Part shown: positions 54,956-64,000 of the stretch, one piece after another
Position numbering within the stretch: position 1 is the first letter of the stretch
Layout: each line of letters starts with the position of its first letter
NCBI GenBank assembly: GCA_963765575.1
Contig: CAVXWZ010000002.1
Location: 416,001-480,000 of the forward strand
Direction of reading: 5' to 3'
Length of the DNA stretch: 64,000 nt
Source: an uncultured cyanobacterium
GTDB taxonomy: Bacteria; Cyanobacteriota; Cyanobacteriia; PCC-6307; Cyanobiaceae
Position numbers and translations under genes: made by a program
Notes under the pieces: generated by a model
The model's database searches: none
Told to the model about the DNA's origin: nothing
What the model saw: only the letters and a program-made list of their open reading frames with translations

Positions 54956-55678
54956 ATGGCTGCCGAGCCGCTGCTCGATTCCCCCCAGACCAAAGCCGCC
55001 GAGAAGCAGGAGGTGAAGGGCTATTTCGAGACCACCGGCTTCGAGCGCTGGAACCGCATCTACAGCGAGTCCGGCGAGGTGAACAAGGTGCAGCGGAACA
55101 TCCGCATCGGGCACCAGAAAACGGTGGACAACGTGCTGGCCTGGCTGCAGGAGCAGGGCAACCTGGGCGAGCGCAGCTTCTGCGATGCCGGCTGCGGCGT
55201 GGGCAGCCTGGCGATCCCCTTGGCCCAACTCGGCGCCGGCTCGATCGCCGCCAGCGATCTGTCCGAGGCGATGGCGAGCGAAGCGCGGCGCCGCGCCGAG
55301 GCAGCGGGCATCGGCGCCGGCCAGCTGCAGTTCAGTGCCTCCGATCTGGAGAGCCTCGAGGGCCGCTACGACACCGTGATCTGCCTGGACGTGTTCATCC
55401 ACTACCCCCAGGCCGCCGCCGAGGAGATGGTGCGCCACCTGGCCGGCATGGCCGAGACGCACCTGATCGTGAGCTTCGCCCCCTACACCCCCCTGCTGGC
55501 GCTGCTCAAGGGCATCGGCCAGCTGTTTCCCGGCCCGAGCAAGACCACCCGCGCCTACACCCTCAAGGAAGACGGCATCGTTGCCGCCGCCGCTGAGGCC
55601 GGGTTCCAGCCCGTGCGCCGCAGCCTCAACCAGGCCCCCTTCTACTTCTCACGGCTGATCGCCTTCGAGCGCGCCTGA
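54956..55678 (+). CDS. chlM: magnesium-protoporphyrin IX methyltransferase
   Basis: YFETTGFERWNRIY, CDAGCGVG, CLDVFIHYP, FPGPSKTTRAY. Confidence 0.96.
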   Translation: MAAEPLLDSPQTKAAEKQEVKGYFETTGFERWNRIYSESGEVNKVQRNIRIGHQKTVDNVLAWLQEQGNLGERSFCDAGCGVGSLAIPLAQLGAGSIAASDLSEAMASEARRRAEAAGIGAGQLQFSASDLESLEGRYDTVICLDVFIHYPQAAAEEMVRHLAGMAETHLIVSFAPYTPLLALLKGIGQLFPGPSKTTRAYTLKEDGIVAAAAEAGFQPVRRSLNQAPFYFSRLIAFERA

Positions 55679-56352
55679 AGGCGCACCACCCTGAAGGTGA
55701 GGTTCAGCCGTTCGCCCCCCACCCGCAATCGGCGCGGCACGGCGTGTTGCCACCACTGCTGGCTGGGGGGCGCCATCAGCAGCAGGTCGCCGTGGGCCAG
55801 CTTGAGGTTGAAGGGAGCGCAGGCCTCGCTGGCTGAGCCGTAGCCGGCCGGCGGCGAGCCGCTGGCGCGGGGACTGGGCCGTGGCCGCAGGCGGAAATCT
55901 CTGGACGCCCCAAGGCTCAAGGAGGCGATCGGCGCGGCCGGATCCAGCTCCGGTTCGTCGTCGGCGTGCCAGCCCATGGCATCGCGGCCGTCGCGGTAGC
56001 GGTTGAGCAGCAGGGAGTTGAAGCGCCAGCCGGTGAGCGCCTCCAGGTCGCGGCGCAGCGCCTCGGCGGCGGGCGACCAGGGCTCGATGGGATTCGCCAG
56101 GCCGCTGTAGCGGTAGCCGCAGCCGGGGTCGGCCATCCAGCAGGTGAGTCTCGGCAGCGGGTGGCGCCGGCCGTAGAGGGTGATCGCCTCCTGTTTCCAG
56201 GGCACTTCGGCCCCCAGCCGCGCCAGCCGCGCCTCGGCCTGCGGCGGCGCCAGCCAGCCCACCAGGTGACGCAGCCGCAGCCCAGGCCGCTCGATCAGCC
56301 CCTCGGCCAGCAGCCCAGCATCCAGGGGCAGTTGGCCGCAGGGTTCAGGCAT
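55642..56352 (-). CDS. AlkB-family (ALKBH2/3-like) 2OG-Fe(II) dioxygenase
   Basis: PRLTCW, YRYSG, FNSLLLNRYRDG.D.MGWHADDE, IASLSLG, WQHAVP, RLNLTFR. Confidence 0.92.
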   Translation of the reverse strand: MPEPCGQLPLDAGLLAEGLIERPGLRLRHLVGWLAPPQAEARLARLGAEVPWKQEAITLYGRRHPLPRLTCWMADPGCGYRYSGLANPIEPWSPAAEALRRDLEALTGWRFNSLLLNRYRDGRDAMGWHADDEPELDPAAPIASLSLGASRDFRLRPRPSPRASGSPPAGYGSASEACAPFNLKLAHGDLLLMAPPSQQWWQHAVPRRLRVGGERLNLTFRVVRLQARSKAISREK

Positions 56353-57469
56353 CGTGCGGACCCTGCAACGCCGCTGGCAGGGGAGCCTCCAGCTGCAGCA
56401 GCCCGCCCTCCGGGGTGGCCAGCCGCAGCCGGTGGGCGTGCAGGCGGTAGCCGCCCTGGCCGGGGAGCACCTCGCCACCGGCATCACCCCCGCTGCGATA
56501 CAGCGGATCCCCCAGCAGCGGCGCCCCGGCCGCGGCGGCGTGGATGCGGATCTGGTGGGGGCGGCCGGACGCAATCGTCACCTCCACCAGCCAGGCCTCA
56601 GCAGCGGGATCTTCAGCACCGCCCCCCGCAGCGCCGCCGGTGCCCCCGCCCGCGCCACCGCGCCTGAGCAGACGCAGGACACTGCGCGCCACCAGGGCGC
56701 GGCAATCCTCCGGCTCCGCCGCGGCCCACACCTGGCCGAGCAGCCGATGGCGCCGGCGGCCGATCGGCGTGGTGAGCTCAAGGCTGCCGCCGGACTGCAG
56801 GGCCAGCACCGGCGAACCGGCAGCGGGGGGCTGGAGCAGGGCGCGGTAGGTCTTGCGGCAGCCGGAGCCGGTGGAGCTGCCAGTGGGGAGGCGAGCTTGG
56901 GCATCGGCGGGTGCGGCCGTGCTCTCGCGCAGCAGGGCGCTGAGCCAGGCCCGCGTGGCGGGGCGGCGGGCGCAGAGCAGCAACCCCGAGGTGAAGCGGC
57001 CGAGGCGGTGCACGGGCCGCGGCAGGCCGCTGGCGCCATCGAGCTGGCCGGCGGCCAGCTGCCGCTCCAGCTGCCGCAGCAGGGTGTGCTCGAGGAACCC
57101 GCCGGCCGGCAGCACCGGCAGGCCGCTGGGCTTGTCGAACGCCACCAGGTCGCCGTCGTCGAACAGGGGGCCGGGCAGGGCCGGCACGGCGGCTTCGTGC
57201 CAGGGGGGCCGATGCCAGCTGAGCCGATCGCCGGCGGCGAGGGCCACATCGGCCCGGAGCTGTTGGCCGTTCCTGCAGATCTCGCCGGCGGCGAGCCGCT
57301 GCCGCCACACGTGCTGATCCGAATGCCGGTAGCGCCCGGCGTAGAAGGCGCTCACCGCCAGGCCAGCGGCCGCGGCAGCGACCCTGTCGCGGTAGCAGTG
57401 GCCGCGGTTGGGGCCACTGGCCAGCCAGCCGGCGGGGGGCGGTGGGCCCGGGGCCCGCTCAGGGGTCAA
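56345..57469 (-). CDS. RluA-family RNA pseudouridine synthase
   Basis: DKPSGLPV, HRLGRFTSG, K.YRAL, SGRPHQIRIH, PLLGDPLY, LHA. Confidence 0.85.
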   Translation of the reverse strand: MTPERAPGPPPPAGWLASGPNRGHCYRDRVAAAAAGLAVSAFYAGRYRHSDQHVWRQRLAAGEICRNGQQLRADVALAAGDRLSWHRPPWHEAAVPALPGPLFDDGDLVAFDKPSGLPVLPAGGFLEHTLLRQLERQLAAGQLDGASGLPRPVHRLGRFTSGLLLCARRPATRAWLSALLRESTAAPADAQARLPTGSSTGSGCRKTYRALLQPPAAGSPVLALQSGGSLELTTPIGRRRHRLLGQVWAAAEPEDCRALVARSVLRLLRRGGAGGGTGGAAGGGAEDPAAEAWLVEVTIASGRPHQIRIHAAAAGAPLLGDPLYRSGGDAGGEVLPGQGGYRLHAHRLRLATPEGGLLQLEAPLPAALQGPHDA

Positions 57470-57476
57470 GCCGGGC

Positions 57477-58295
57477 TCACTCCACCAGGGCGTTCTCGAG
57501 CGCAAAGCGCACCAGTTCGGTGCGGCTGGAGGTGCCGGTCTTGATGAACAGCCGGCTCACGTATTTCTCCACGTTGCGGATGGAGGTTTCCAGGCGCCGG
57601 GCGATCTCCTTGTTCATCAGCCCCTCGGCCACCAGCTGCAGCACCGACGCCTCCCGCGGCGTGAAGTTGATCTCCGGGGCACCGGGCGGTTTCCTGGCCG
57701 AGCCGCCGGTGGCCAGCAGGGAGCGGATCTCGGTGATCTGGCGGGCCATCTGACCGATGTCGGCATCGGCGAAGCGGGCGGCCTCAGCCAGCAGCCGCTC
57801 CTGACGGCGCACGGCATTGCGCACCCGCGCCACCAGTTCGTCGGGGTCGAAGGGCTTGGGGATGTAGTCGTCGCAACCCGCCTGGTAGCCAGCGATGCGA
57901 TCAGACGTCATGCCCTTGGCGGTGAGAAAGATCACCGGGGTGCCGCCCAGGCGCTCATCGGCACGCAGCTTGCTGAGCAGCCCGTAGCCGTCGCAGCGGG
58001 GCATCATCACGTCGCTGATCACCACATCGGGCAGCAGCTCCTGGGCCTTCTCCCAGCCCTCCTCGCCGTCGGCGGCGGTGGTCACGGCGAAGCCCTCGTC
58101 CTCGAGGTAGGCGGTGACGGCGGCGCGCAGGCCGGGTTCGTCGTCGACCAGCAGCAAGCGCACGGGGACAGGGCTGGCGGCGGCCTCTGGGTTGCCCTCT
58201 GGGTTGCCCTCGGGGCTGTCCGCAGGGCTGCCTGGGGGGGTGGGGCCAGGGGTTCCGTCTGGGGTGCCTTGGGCGGCGGTGGGATCAGTGCTCAT
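57477..58295 (-). CDS. NarL/LuxR-family response regulator (Ycf29/Rre1-like)
   Basis: LLVDDEPGLR, SDVMMP, FLTAKG, KPFDPDEL, HTH MNKEIAR.LETSIRNVEKYVSRL. Confidence 0.92.
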   Translation of the reverse strand: MSTDPTAAQGTPDGTPGPTPPGSPADSPEGNPEGNPEAAASPVPVRLLLVDDEPGLRAAVTAYLEDEGFAVTTAADGEEGWEKAQELLPDVVISDVMMPRCDGYGLLSKLRADERLGGTPVIFLTAKGMTSDRIAGYQAGCDDYIPKPFDPDELVARVRNAVRRQERLLAEAARFADADIGQMARQITEIRSLLATGGSARKPPGAPEINFTPREASVLQLVAEGLMNKEIARRLETSIRNVEKYVSRLFIKTGTSSRTELVRFALENALVE

Positions 58296-58314
58296 CGACC
58301 CAGTCTGCAGAGCG

Positions 58315-58821
58315 TCAACGGGCCCGTCCAGGCAGCACCTCCTCGGATTCGGGCAGGCCGCCGCTGTAGCCCAGCTCCAGGGCCAGCGCACCCAGGCTGG
58401 CGGGGTCGCGGCCCGCCTGCTCGGGATGGCAGACGGCCCACCACACCAGGTGATCGATGCGGTTGGCGGCGGTGACCAGGCCGCCGGGGTTGAGCCGGCG
58501 CACAACCCAGCGGTCGCCCTCCCGGGTCATGCGCATCGGCGCCGCCGGCGAACAGCCCAGGGTGTCGGCGGTGAGCCGCACATCGCTGCCGTGCTGGCGC
58601 CAGAGCTGCACGCGACTGAGGCTGGGGCTGGCGGGATCGACCTTGACCCCATAGACCCCCAGCACCCGGGGGCCCTCCATGCTGGGCCGTTCCTCCAGCA
58701 CCACCAGCCCGGGTGGCCGATCCGGCAGCGACACCTGGGCCAGCGCTGCCGGCGTCAGCAGCATGGACACGAGCGCTGGCAGGGCCAGCAGGCGCCAGGG
58801 CGGCGGGGGGCTTGTCAGCAT
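58315..58821 (-). CDS. hypothetical exported protein
   Basis: Signal-peptide-like N-terminus (..LLTPAALA-Q), LNPGG, WWAVC.PE.AG; fills the gap between two genes. Confidence 0.65.
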   Translation of the reverse strand: MLTSPPPPWRLLALPALVSMLLTPAALAQVSLPDRPPGLVVLEERPSMEGPRVLGVYGVKVDPASPSLSRVQLWRQHGSDVRLTADTLGCSPAAPMRMTREGDRWVVRRLNPGGLVTAANRIDHLVWWAVCHPEQAGRDPASLGALALELGYSGGLPESEEVLPGRAR

Positions 58822-58842
58822 GGACCGCAGGCAACCACGGCC

Positions 58843-59997
58843 ATGCTCGCCTACCTCGACCACCAGGCCAGCACCCCCTGTGATGCCGCCGTGCTGGCGG
58901 CGATGGGCCCCTGGTGGAGCGAGCAGTGCGCCAACCCCGCCAGCCGCGGCCACCGGGCCGGGCTGGCCGCGGCCGCCGCCGTGGAGCGGGCCCGCCAGCA
59001 GGTGGCGGCGGCCCTGGGGGCCGAGGCCGGCGGCGTGGTGTTCACCAGCGGCGCCACCGAAGCCAACAACCTGGCACTCAAGGGTGTCGCCGAGGCGGCC
59101 CTGGAACGGGGCGCCGCGCGCCGCACCCTGGTGAGTGTGGTGAGCGAGCACCGGGCGGTGCTGGACCCCCTGCGCTACCTGGAGCGCCATGGCTTTCCGC
59201 TGCGCCTGCTGCCGGTGGATCCAGGTGGCCTGGTGCAGCTGGAAGCCCTGGAGGAGGCCCTCGGCCCCGATGTGCTGCTGCTCAGCGTGATGGCGGCCAA
59301 CAACGAGATCGGCGTGCTGCAACCGCTGGCGGCGATCGCCCGCCTCTGCCGCCAGCGCGGCGTGCTGCTGCACGTGGACGCCGCCCAGGCCGCGGGCCAC
59401 ATCCCCCTGGCGATGGCCGAGCTGGGGGTGGATCTGCTCAGCCTCAGCGGCCACAAGTGCTATGGGCCCAAGGGTGTGGGGGCGCTGCTGGTGCGCGAGG
59501 GGGTGGCCCTGGCTGCCCAGCTGCACGGCGGCGGCCAGGAGCAGGACCGGCGCGCCGGCACCGTGGCGGTGCCCCTGGTGGTGGGGCTGGGGGAAGCCCT
59601 GGAGCGCGCCCTGGCCGACCAGCGGGAGCGGGCGGAGCGGCTCGGCGGCCTGCGCGATCGGCTGCTCCAGGAGCTGCTGGCCCTCGGTGGCCTCACGGTG
59701 AACGGGGCCGCCAGTCCGCGGCTGGCCCACAACCTCAACGTGACCGTGCAGGGCGTGGACGGCGCCGCCCTGCACCGGCTGCTGCGCCGCTCGATCGCCG
59801 TGAGCAGCGGCTCGGCCTGCAGCCAGGGGTCCCCCTCCCACGTGCTGGCGGCCCTGGGCCGCAGCCGGGCCGAGGCCGCCGCCTCGATCCGCTTCGGGCT
59901 GGGGCGCAGCACCAGCGCGGCGGAGATCGAGCTGGCCGTCGCCGCGGTGGCCGAGGCCGTGGCCAGCCTGCGGCAGCTCAGCCCAGCACGGTGGTGA
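58843..59997 (+). CDS. cysteine desulfurase (IscS/NifS-like)
   Basis: YLDHQAST, NPAS, FTSGATEANN, NNEIG, DAAQ, SGHK.YGPKG, SSGSAC. Confidence 0.94.
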   Translation: MLAYLDHQASTPCDAAVLAAMGPWWSEQCANPASRGHRAGLAAAAAVERARQQVAAALGAEAGGVVFTSGATEANNLALKGVAEAALERGAARRTLVSVVSEHRAVLDPLRYLERHGFPLRLLPVDPGGLVQLEALEEALGPDVLLLSVMAANNEIGVLQPLAAIARLCRQRGVLLHVDAAQAAGHIPLAMAELGVDLLSLSGHKCYGPKGVGALLVREGVALAAQLHGGGQEQDRRAGTVAVPLVVGLGEALERALADQRERAERLGGLRDRLLQELLALGGLTVNGAASPRLAHNLNVTVQGVDGAALHRLLRRSIAVSSGSACSQGSPSHVLAALGRSRAEAAASIRFGLGRSTSAAEIELAVAAVAEAVASLRQLSPARW

Positions 59998-60529
59998 GCA
60001 CCACGAACCCCACCCCGCCCAGGAGGGCCAGCAGGGCCTGGGCCACCCGGCTCACCAGCATCCCCGCCACCACCGCCAGCCCCACCAGCAGGGAGCGCCG
60101 CAGGCGCAGCAGGCCCAGGGGTCCCAGGGAGGTGGGGGCGCTGCAGAGCTCCCCCAGGGCAGCCCCCAGCAGGGGTCCGCAGAGAGCGCCGAGCAGCGGA
60201 CCGCCGAAGGGCAGCACCGGCAGCAGCCCCAGCAGACCCACCAGCAGCCCCAGCCCGGCACCGATGTAGGCCCAGCGGGTGGCCCGCAGGCGGGCCGGCC
60301 CCAGCACCAGCCCCAGCGCCTCAGCGCCCCAGCCCAGGGCCAGCAGCAGGCAGGCCAGGGCGAAGGGCAGCCAGCCGGCGCTCCAGCCCACCGCCCACAC
60401 CCAAACCCCGGCCCCCAGGGGCAGCAGGGCCAGGCCGGGCAGCAGGGGCAGCAGGGTGCCCGGGATGGCCAGCAGCTGGATCACCAGCGCGATCCACCAG
60501 AAGGCCTCAGGGCCGACGGGGGGCGTCAT
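59978..60529 (-). CDS. DUF456-family membrane protein
   Basis: GTLLPLLPG, GA..GLLVG, GPLLGAALGEL; highly hydrophobic. Confidence 0.8.
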   Translation of the reverse strand: MTPPVGPEAFWWIALVIQLLAIPGTLLPLLPGLALLPLGAGVWVWAVGWSAGWLPFALACLLLALGWGAEALGLVLGPARLRATRWAYIGAGLGLLVGLLGLLPVLPFGGPLLGALCGPLLGAALGELCSAPTSLGPLGLLRLRRSLLVGLAVVAGMLVSRVAQALLALLGGVGFVVLTTVLG

Positions 60530-60783
60530 GGCCGGGGCCGGGCCGTGCTCACAGCGCGATGTTCAGGGAATCGACCTGATGATCGCCAATCCGGCGCCCC
60601 TGGGCAGAGGGGGAATCAGCCCATCCGGGGACAGCCCCATGGTCCGAGGCGGTGTGGGGACGGCGTGGGGTGAGTCTGTGCAGGGGTAGGCGTGGTGCGG
60701 CAGCGGTGTTGCCGTTGACGTCAGTTTGTGGCCACGCCTACAGCGGCCGATAGGTTCGGGTCACTCTTTCCATTTCCCTTCGC

Positions 60784-61530
60784 ATGACGGCAGGCCACGG
60801 CAGCACCAGGCTTCGCGTGGGCCAGGCGGTTGAAGACGGCTGGCAGGCCTTCAGCCGCTCCCCCTGGCCCTTCGTGCTCTTTGCCCTGCTGGTGGGGGTG
60901 CTGTCGGCGATCGTCCAGGCCATCGGCAATGCGGGCATCAACGAGGAGGGCGCGTTGCTCGGCGTTGGTGGAGCGATCGCCGCACTCGTCTCCCTGGTGG
61001 GCAGCGCGATCGTGAGTCTCTGGGGCACCACCGGGCTGGTGCGGGGCGCCTGGATGGCGCTGGAGGGCAGGCGGCCGGTGTTCGCCGACTTCAGCCGCTG
61101 GGACGGCGCCGCGGCCAAGCGCCTGTTTGTGCGTCAACTCACCCTGACGCTGGTGATCCTGGTGATTGCCGCGGTCGCGGCGGTGGTGGCCTTCGGGCTG
61201 ATGCAGATCAATGAGCTGCTGATCTGGATCCCGGCCGTGGTGGCCCTGGCGGTGTTCGTCTACCTGGCCGTGAACCAGAAGTTCATCGCCTACGTGGCGC
61301 TGCTGGAACAGCGCGGCCCCGTGGACACCATCGAGCACGGCAGGCAGGTGGTGGATCCCAACTGGTGGAGCGTGGTGCTGCTGCTGATCGTGGAGTCGGC
61401 GATCATGCTCGTGGGCCTGCTGCTCTGCCTGGTGGGGGTGGTGGCCGCCTTCCCGCTCGCCCTGTGCATCTCCACAGCGGCCTACCGCCAGCTGTTCGGC
61501 AGCGAGGACCAGACCGGGCTGGCCAGCTGA
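60784..61530 (+). CDS. hypothetical integral membrane protein
   Basis: ~6 TM helices, A..DGW..F N-terminus, AYRQL C-terminus; typical codon usage. Confidence 0.8.
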   Translation: MTAGHGSTRLRVGQAVEDGWQAFSRSPWPFVLFALLVGVLSAIVQAIGNAGINEEGALLGVGGAIAALVSLVGSAIVSLWGTTGLVRGAWMALEGRRPVFADFSRWDGAAAKRLFVRQLTLTLVILVIAAVAAVVAFGLMQINELLIWIPAVVALAVFVYLAVNQKFIAYVALLEQRGPVDTIEHGRQVVDPNWWSVVLLLIVESAIMLVGLLLCLVGVVAAFPLALCISTAAYRQLFGSEDQTGLAS

Positions 61531-61556
61531 GCGATCTGGTCTGCTGAGACACCGGC

Positions 61557-62474
61557 TCAGCTGCGCCGGCGGCGGGCCAGACGCCAGCGGGCACTGCGGC
61601 TGCGGGGGTTGCTGGCCTGCTCCTGCTCGTCGGCCTGAACCGCCCTGCGGGTGAGGCGCTCCAGCCGCTCGTCGGCGAGAAAGGCCTGCTTCACCCGCCG
61701 GTCTTCGAGGGAGTGGAAACTGATCACGCCGAACAGGCCCCCAGGCAACAGCCAGTCGGGAGCGTCGGCCAGCAGCCGTTCCAGGGCCCCCAGCTCATCG
61801 TTGACGGCGATGCGCAGGGCCTGAAAGCTGCGGGTGGCGGGATGGATCCGGCCACGGCGGGCCTTGGGGGGATAGCAACCGGCCACCGCATAGGCCAGGG
61901 CCGCGGTGCCGCTGTAGGGGCCATGGGCGGTGAGATCAGCCTTGATGCGGCGCGCGATCCGGCGCGACAGCCGCTCCTCCCCGTAGGCGTAGAGGAGATC
62001 GGCCAGCGCGGTTTCCTCCAGCCGCTCGAGCAGCTCCGCCGCCGTCTCCCCTTGCTCCGGGTTCATGCGCATGTCGAGGGGGCCGTCGTGGCGGAAACTG
62101 AAGCCGCGGCCGGCCACGTCCAGCTGGGGACTGCTCACCCCCAGGTCGGCCAGCACCATCGCCACCGGCTCGCTGGGGCTGAAGGCGGCGAAGTTGGCGG
62201 CCACGATCGTGACGCGATCGCCGAAGCGGGCCAGGTGCTCGGCGGCGGCGGCGCGGGCGCTCGGATCCTGGTCGAGCCCCACCAGGCACAGGCGGGGGTG
62301 GGCCTCGAGCAGCAGGGCGCTGTGGCCGCCGCCGCCGAGGGTGCAGTCGATCAGCAGGCCGCCTTCCGGTCGCTCCGCCAGCAGCTCGGCCAGCGGCGCC
62401 AGGCCCGCCAGCAGCGGCTGGGCCAGCACGGGCCGGTGGTCGAAGGCCTCGGGACTGGCGAGCGCAGTTGCCAT
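61557..62474 (-). CDS. rsmH: 16S rRNA m4C1402 methyltransferase
   Basis: [54 protein letters not shown]. Confidence 0.97.
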   Translation of the reverse strand: MATALASPEAFDHRPVLAQPLLAGLAPLAELLAERPEGGLLIDCTLGGGGHSALLLEAHPRLCLVGLDQDPSARAAAAEHLARFGDRVTIVAANFAAFSPSEPVAMVLADLGVSSPQLDVAGRGFSFRHDGPLDMRMNPEQGETAAELLERLEETALADLLYAYGEERLSRRIARRIKADLTAHGPYSGTAALAYAVAGCYPPKARRGRIHPATRSFQALRIAVNDELGALERLLADAPDWLLPGGLFGVISFHSLEDRRVKQAFLADERLERLTRRAVQADEQEQASNPRSRSARWRLARRRRS

Positions 62475-62658
62475 GGCGCCATCCTGAACCGGCGGGCAGG
62501 GGTCGACGTGAGTCCATACCCACCCTGGCTGGCCCTGGCGGCCAGCGCCCCGTTGCCCCTGCCGTAGTCCCCAGGGGAGCTGTTGGGGCCCCAGGCCCTG
62601 ATCGGCTGGCTCTGCCTTCCTAAGATCCGGCCAACGTTCCGCCCTCGGTGCAGGCCCC

Positions 62659-63843
62659 ATGACCCAGCTGGAGACGCGCACCGAGCCGATGGTGGTCAAC
62701 TTCGGCCCCCATCACCCTTCGATGCACGGGGTGTTGCGGCTGGTGGTGACCCTCGACGGCGAGGACGTGGTGGATTGCGAGCCGGTGATCGGCTACCTGC
62801 ACCGCGGCATGGAGAAGATCGCCGAGAACCGCACGAACATCATGTTCGTGCCCTACGTGAGCCGCATGGACTATGCGGCCGGCATGTTCTACGAGGCGAT
62901 CGTGGTCAATGCCCCCGAACGTCTGGCCGATGTGCCGGTGCCCAAGCGCGCCAGCTACATCCGCGTGTTGATGCTGGAGCTCAACCGCATCGCCAACCAC
63001 CTGCTCTGGCTTGGCCCCTTCCTGGCTGATGTGGGCGCTCAGACGCCCTTCTTCTACATCTTCCGCGAGCGGGAGATGATCTACGACCTCTGGGAAGCAG
63101 CCACGGGCCAGCGGCTGATCAACAACAACTACTTCCGCATCGGTGGCGTGGCGGCCGATCTGCCCTACGGCTGGCTGGATAAATGCCTCGATTTCTGCGA
63201 CTGGTTTGGCCCCAAGATCGATGAATACGAGAAGCTGATCACCAACAACCCGATCTTCCGCAAGCGCATCGAGGGGTTGGGGGTGATCAACCGCGAGCAG
63301 GCGATCAACTGGAGCCTCTCAGGGCCGATGCTGCGCGCTTCGGGGGTGTCCTGGGATCTGCGCAAGGTGGACCACTATGAGTGCTACGACGACTTCGACT
63401 GGTCGGTCGTCACTGCGGAAGAAGGTTGCTGCTTCGCCCGCTACCGCGTGCGCGTGCAGGAAATGCGGGAGTCGCTGAAGATCCTGCGCCAGGCCTGCGC
63501 CATGATTCCCGGCGGCCCCACCGAAAACCTGGAAGCCCGCCGCATGGCCGAGGGCAAAGGCAGCGAGTTTGCCGGCTTCGACTATCAGTATGTGGCCAAG
63601 AAGGTGGCCCCCACCTTCAAGATTCCCGAGGGTGAGCTCTACACCCGCCTGGAATCGGGCAAGGGTGAAATCGGTGTGTTCATCCAGGGCACCAACGACG
63701 TGACGCCGTGGCGGTTCAAGATCCGCGCCGCCGATCAGAACAATCTGCAGATCCTGCCCCACATCCTCAAGGGGCACAAAGTGGCCGACATCATGGCGAT
63801 CCTCGGCTCCATCGACGTGATCATGGGGTCGGTGGATCGATGA
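62659..63843 (+). CDS. ndhH: NDH-1 subunit H
   Basis: [25 protein letters not shown]-terminal [12 protein letters not shown]. Confidence 0.98.
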   Translation: MTQLETRTEPMVVNFGPHHPSMHGVLRLVVTLDGEDVVDCEPVIGYLHRGMEKIAENRTNIMFVPYVSRMDYAAGMFYEAIVVNAPERLADVPVPKRASYIRVLMLELNRIANHLLWLGPFLADVGAQTPFFYIFREREMIYDLWEAATGQRLINNNYFRIGGVAADLPYGWLDKCLDFCDWFGPKIDEYEKLITNNPIFRKRIEGLGVINREQAINWSLSGPMLRASGVSWDLRKVDHYECYDDFDWSVVTAEEGCCFARYRVRVQEMRESLKILRQACAMIPGGPTENLEARRMAEGKGSEFAGFDYQYVAKKVAPTFKIPEGELYTRLESGKGEIGVFIQGTNDVTPWRFKIRAADQNNLQILPHILKGHKVADIMAILGSIDVIMGSVDR

Positions 63844-63856
63844 ACAGCCTGGACCG

Positions 63857-64000
63857 CTGAAGCGCTTTCTGCGCCGCCTCCGGCACGCGGGCTTCCTGCT
63901 GCCGGCAGCGCTCACCGGTTATTTGTGGCTGAAGGGCGGCCATCCCGCCCTGCCCGGCTGGCCCTGTCCGCTGCGAACCCTCACGGGCATCCCCTGTCCC
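63857..64000 (+). CDS. 5' part of a DUF2752-like protein (runs off the window)
   Basis: LKRFLRR...LTGYLWLKG...WPCPLRTLTGIPCP; no in-frame ATG, so a CTG start is presumed. Confidence 0.65.
   Translation, partial: MKRFLRRLRHAGFLLPAALTGYLWLKGGHPALPGWPCPLRTLTGIPCP

Overview
This is a GC-rich (roughly 70% by eye) core-genome segment of a picocyanobacterium of the Cyanobium/Synechococcus type. It holds about 60 tightly packed housekeeping genes: NDH-1 subunits (ndhO, M, F1, D1, A, I, G, E, H), a stand-alone psbD, ycf3, rpaA/rpaB, plsX-fabH-fabD-plsC, crtB/pds, radA, holB/tmk, a Cu-ATPase, cugP, metF, gltA, hrcA plus an Anbu-type protease, trpB, cysC, purE, nagA, chlM, a cysteine desulfurase and rsmH. 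It also has tRNA-Asn(GTT) and a probable 6S-like ncRNA. I saw no integrase, transposase, CRISPR array or prophage. The most interesting part is the Som-type porin locus at 3.7-5.8 kb. The porin's structured 3' UTR displays a Yfr1-like GUUCCUCACAC motif in a hairpin, and this is the perfect 11-nt complement of the same gene's ribosome-binding site, suggesting a 3'-UTR-derived autoregulatory sRNA. The porin CDS carries 6-9 single-base insertions, most of which look like two synonymous alleles written side by side. That points to a consensus of polymorphic strains or paralogs rather than true pseudogenisation. Short 12-22 bp tandem duplications are frequent at gene ends. All calls are by eye from motifs; no database search was run.
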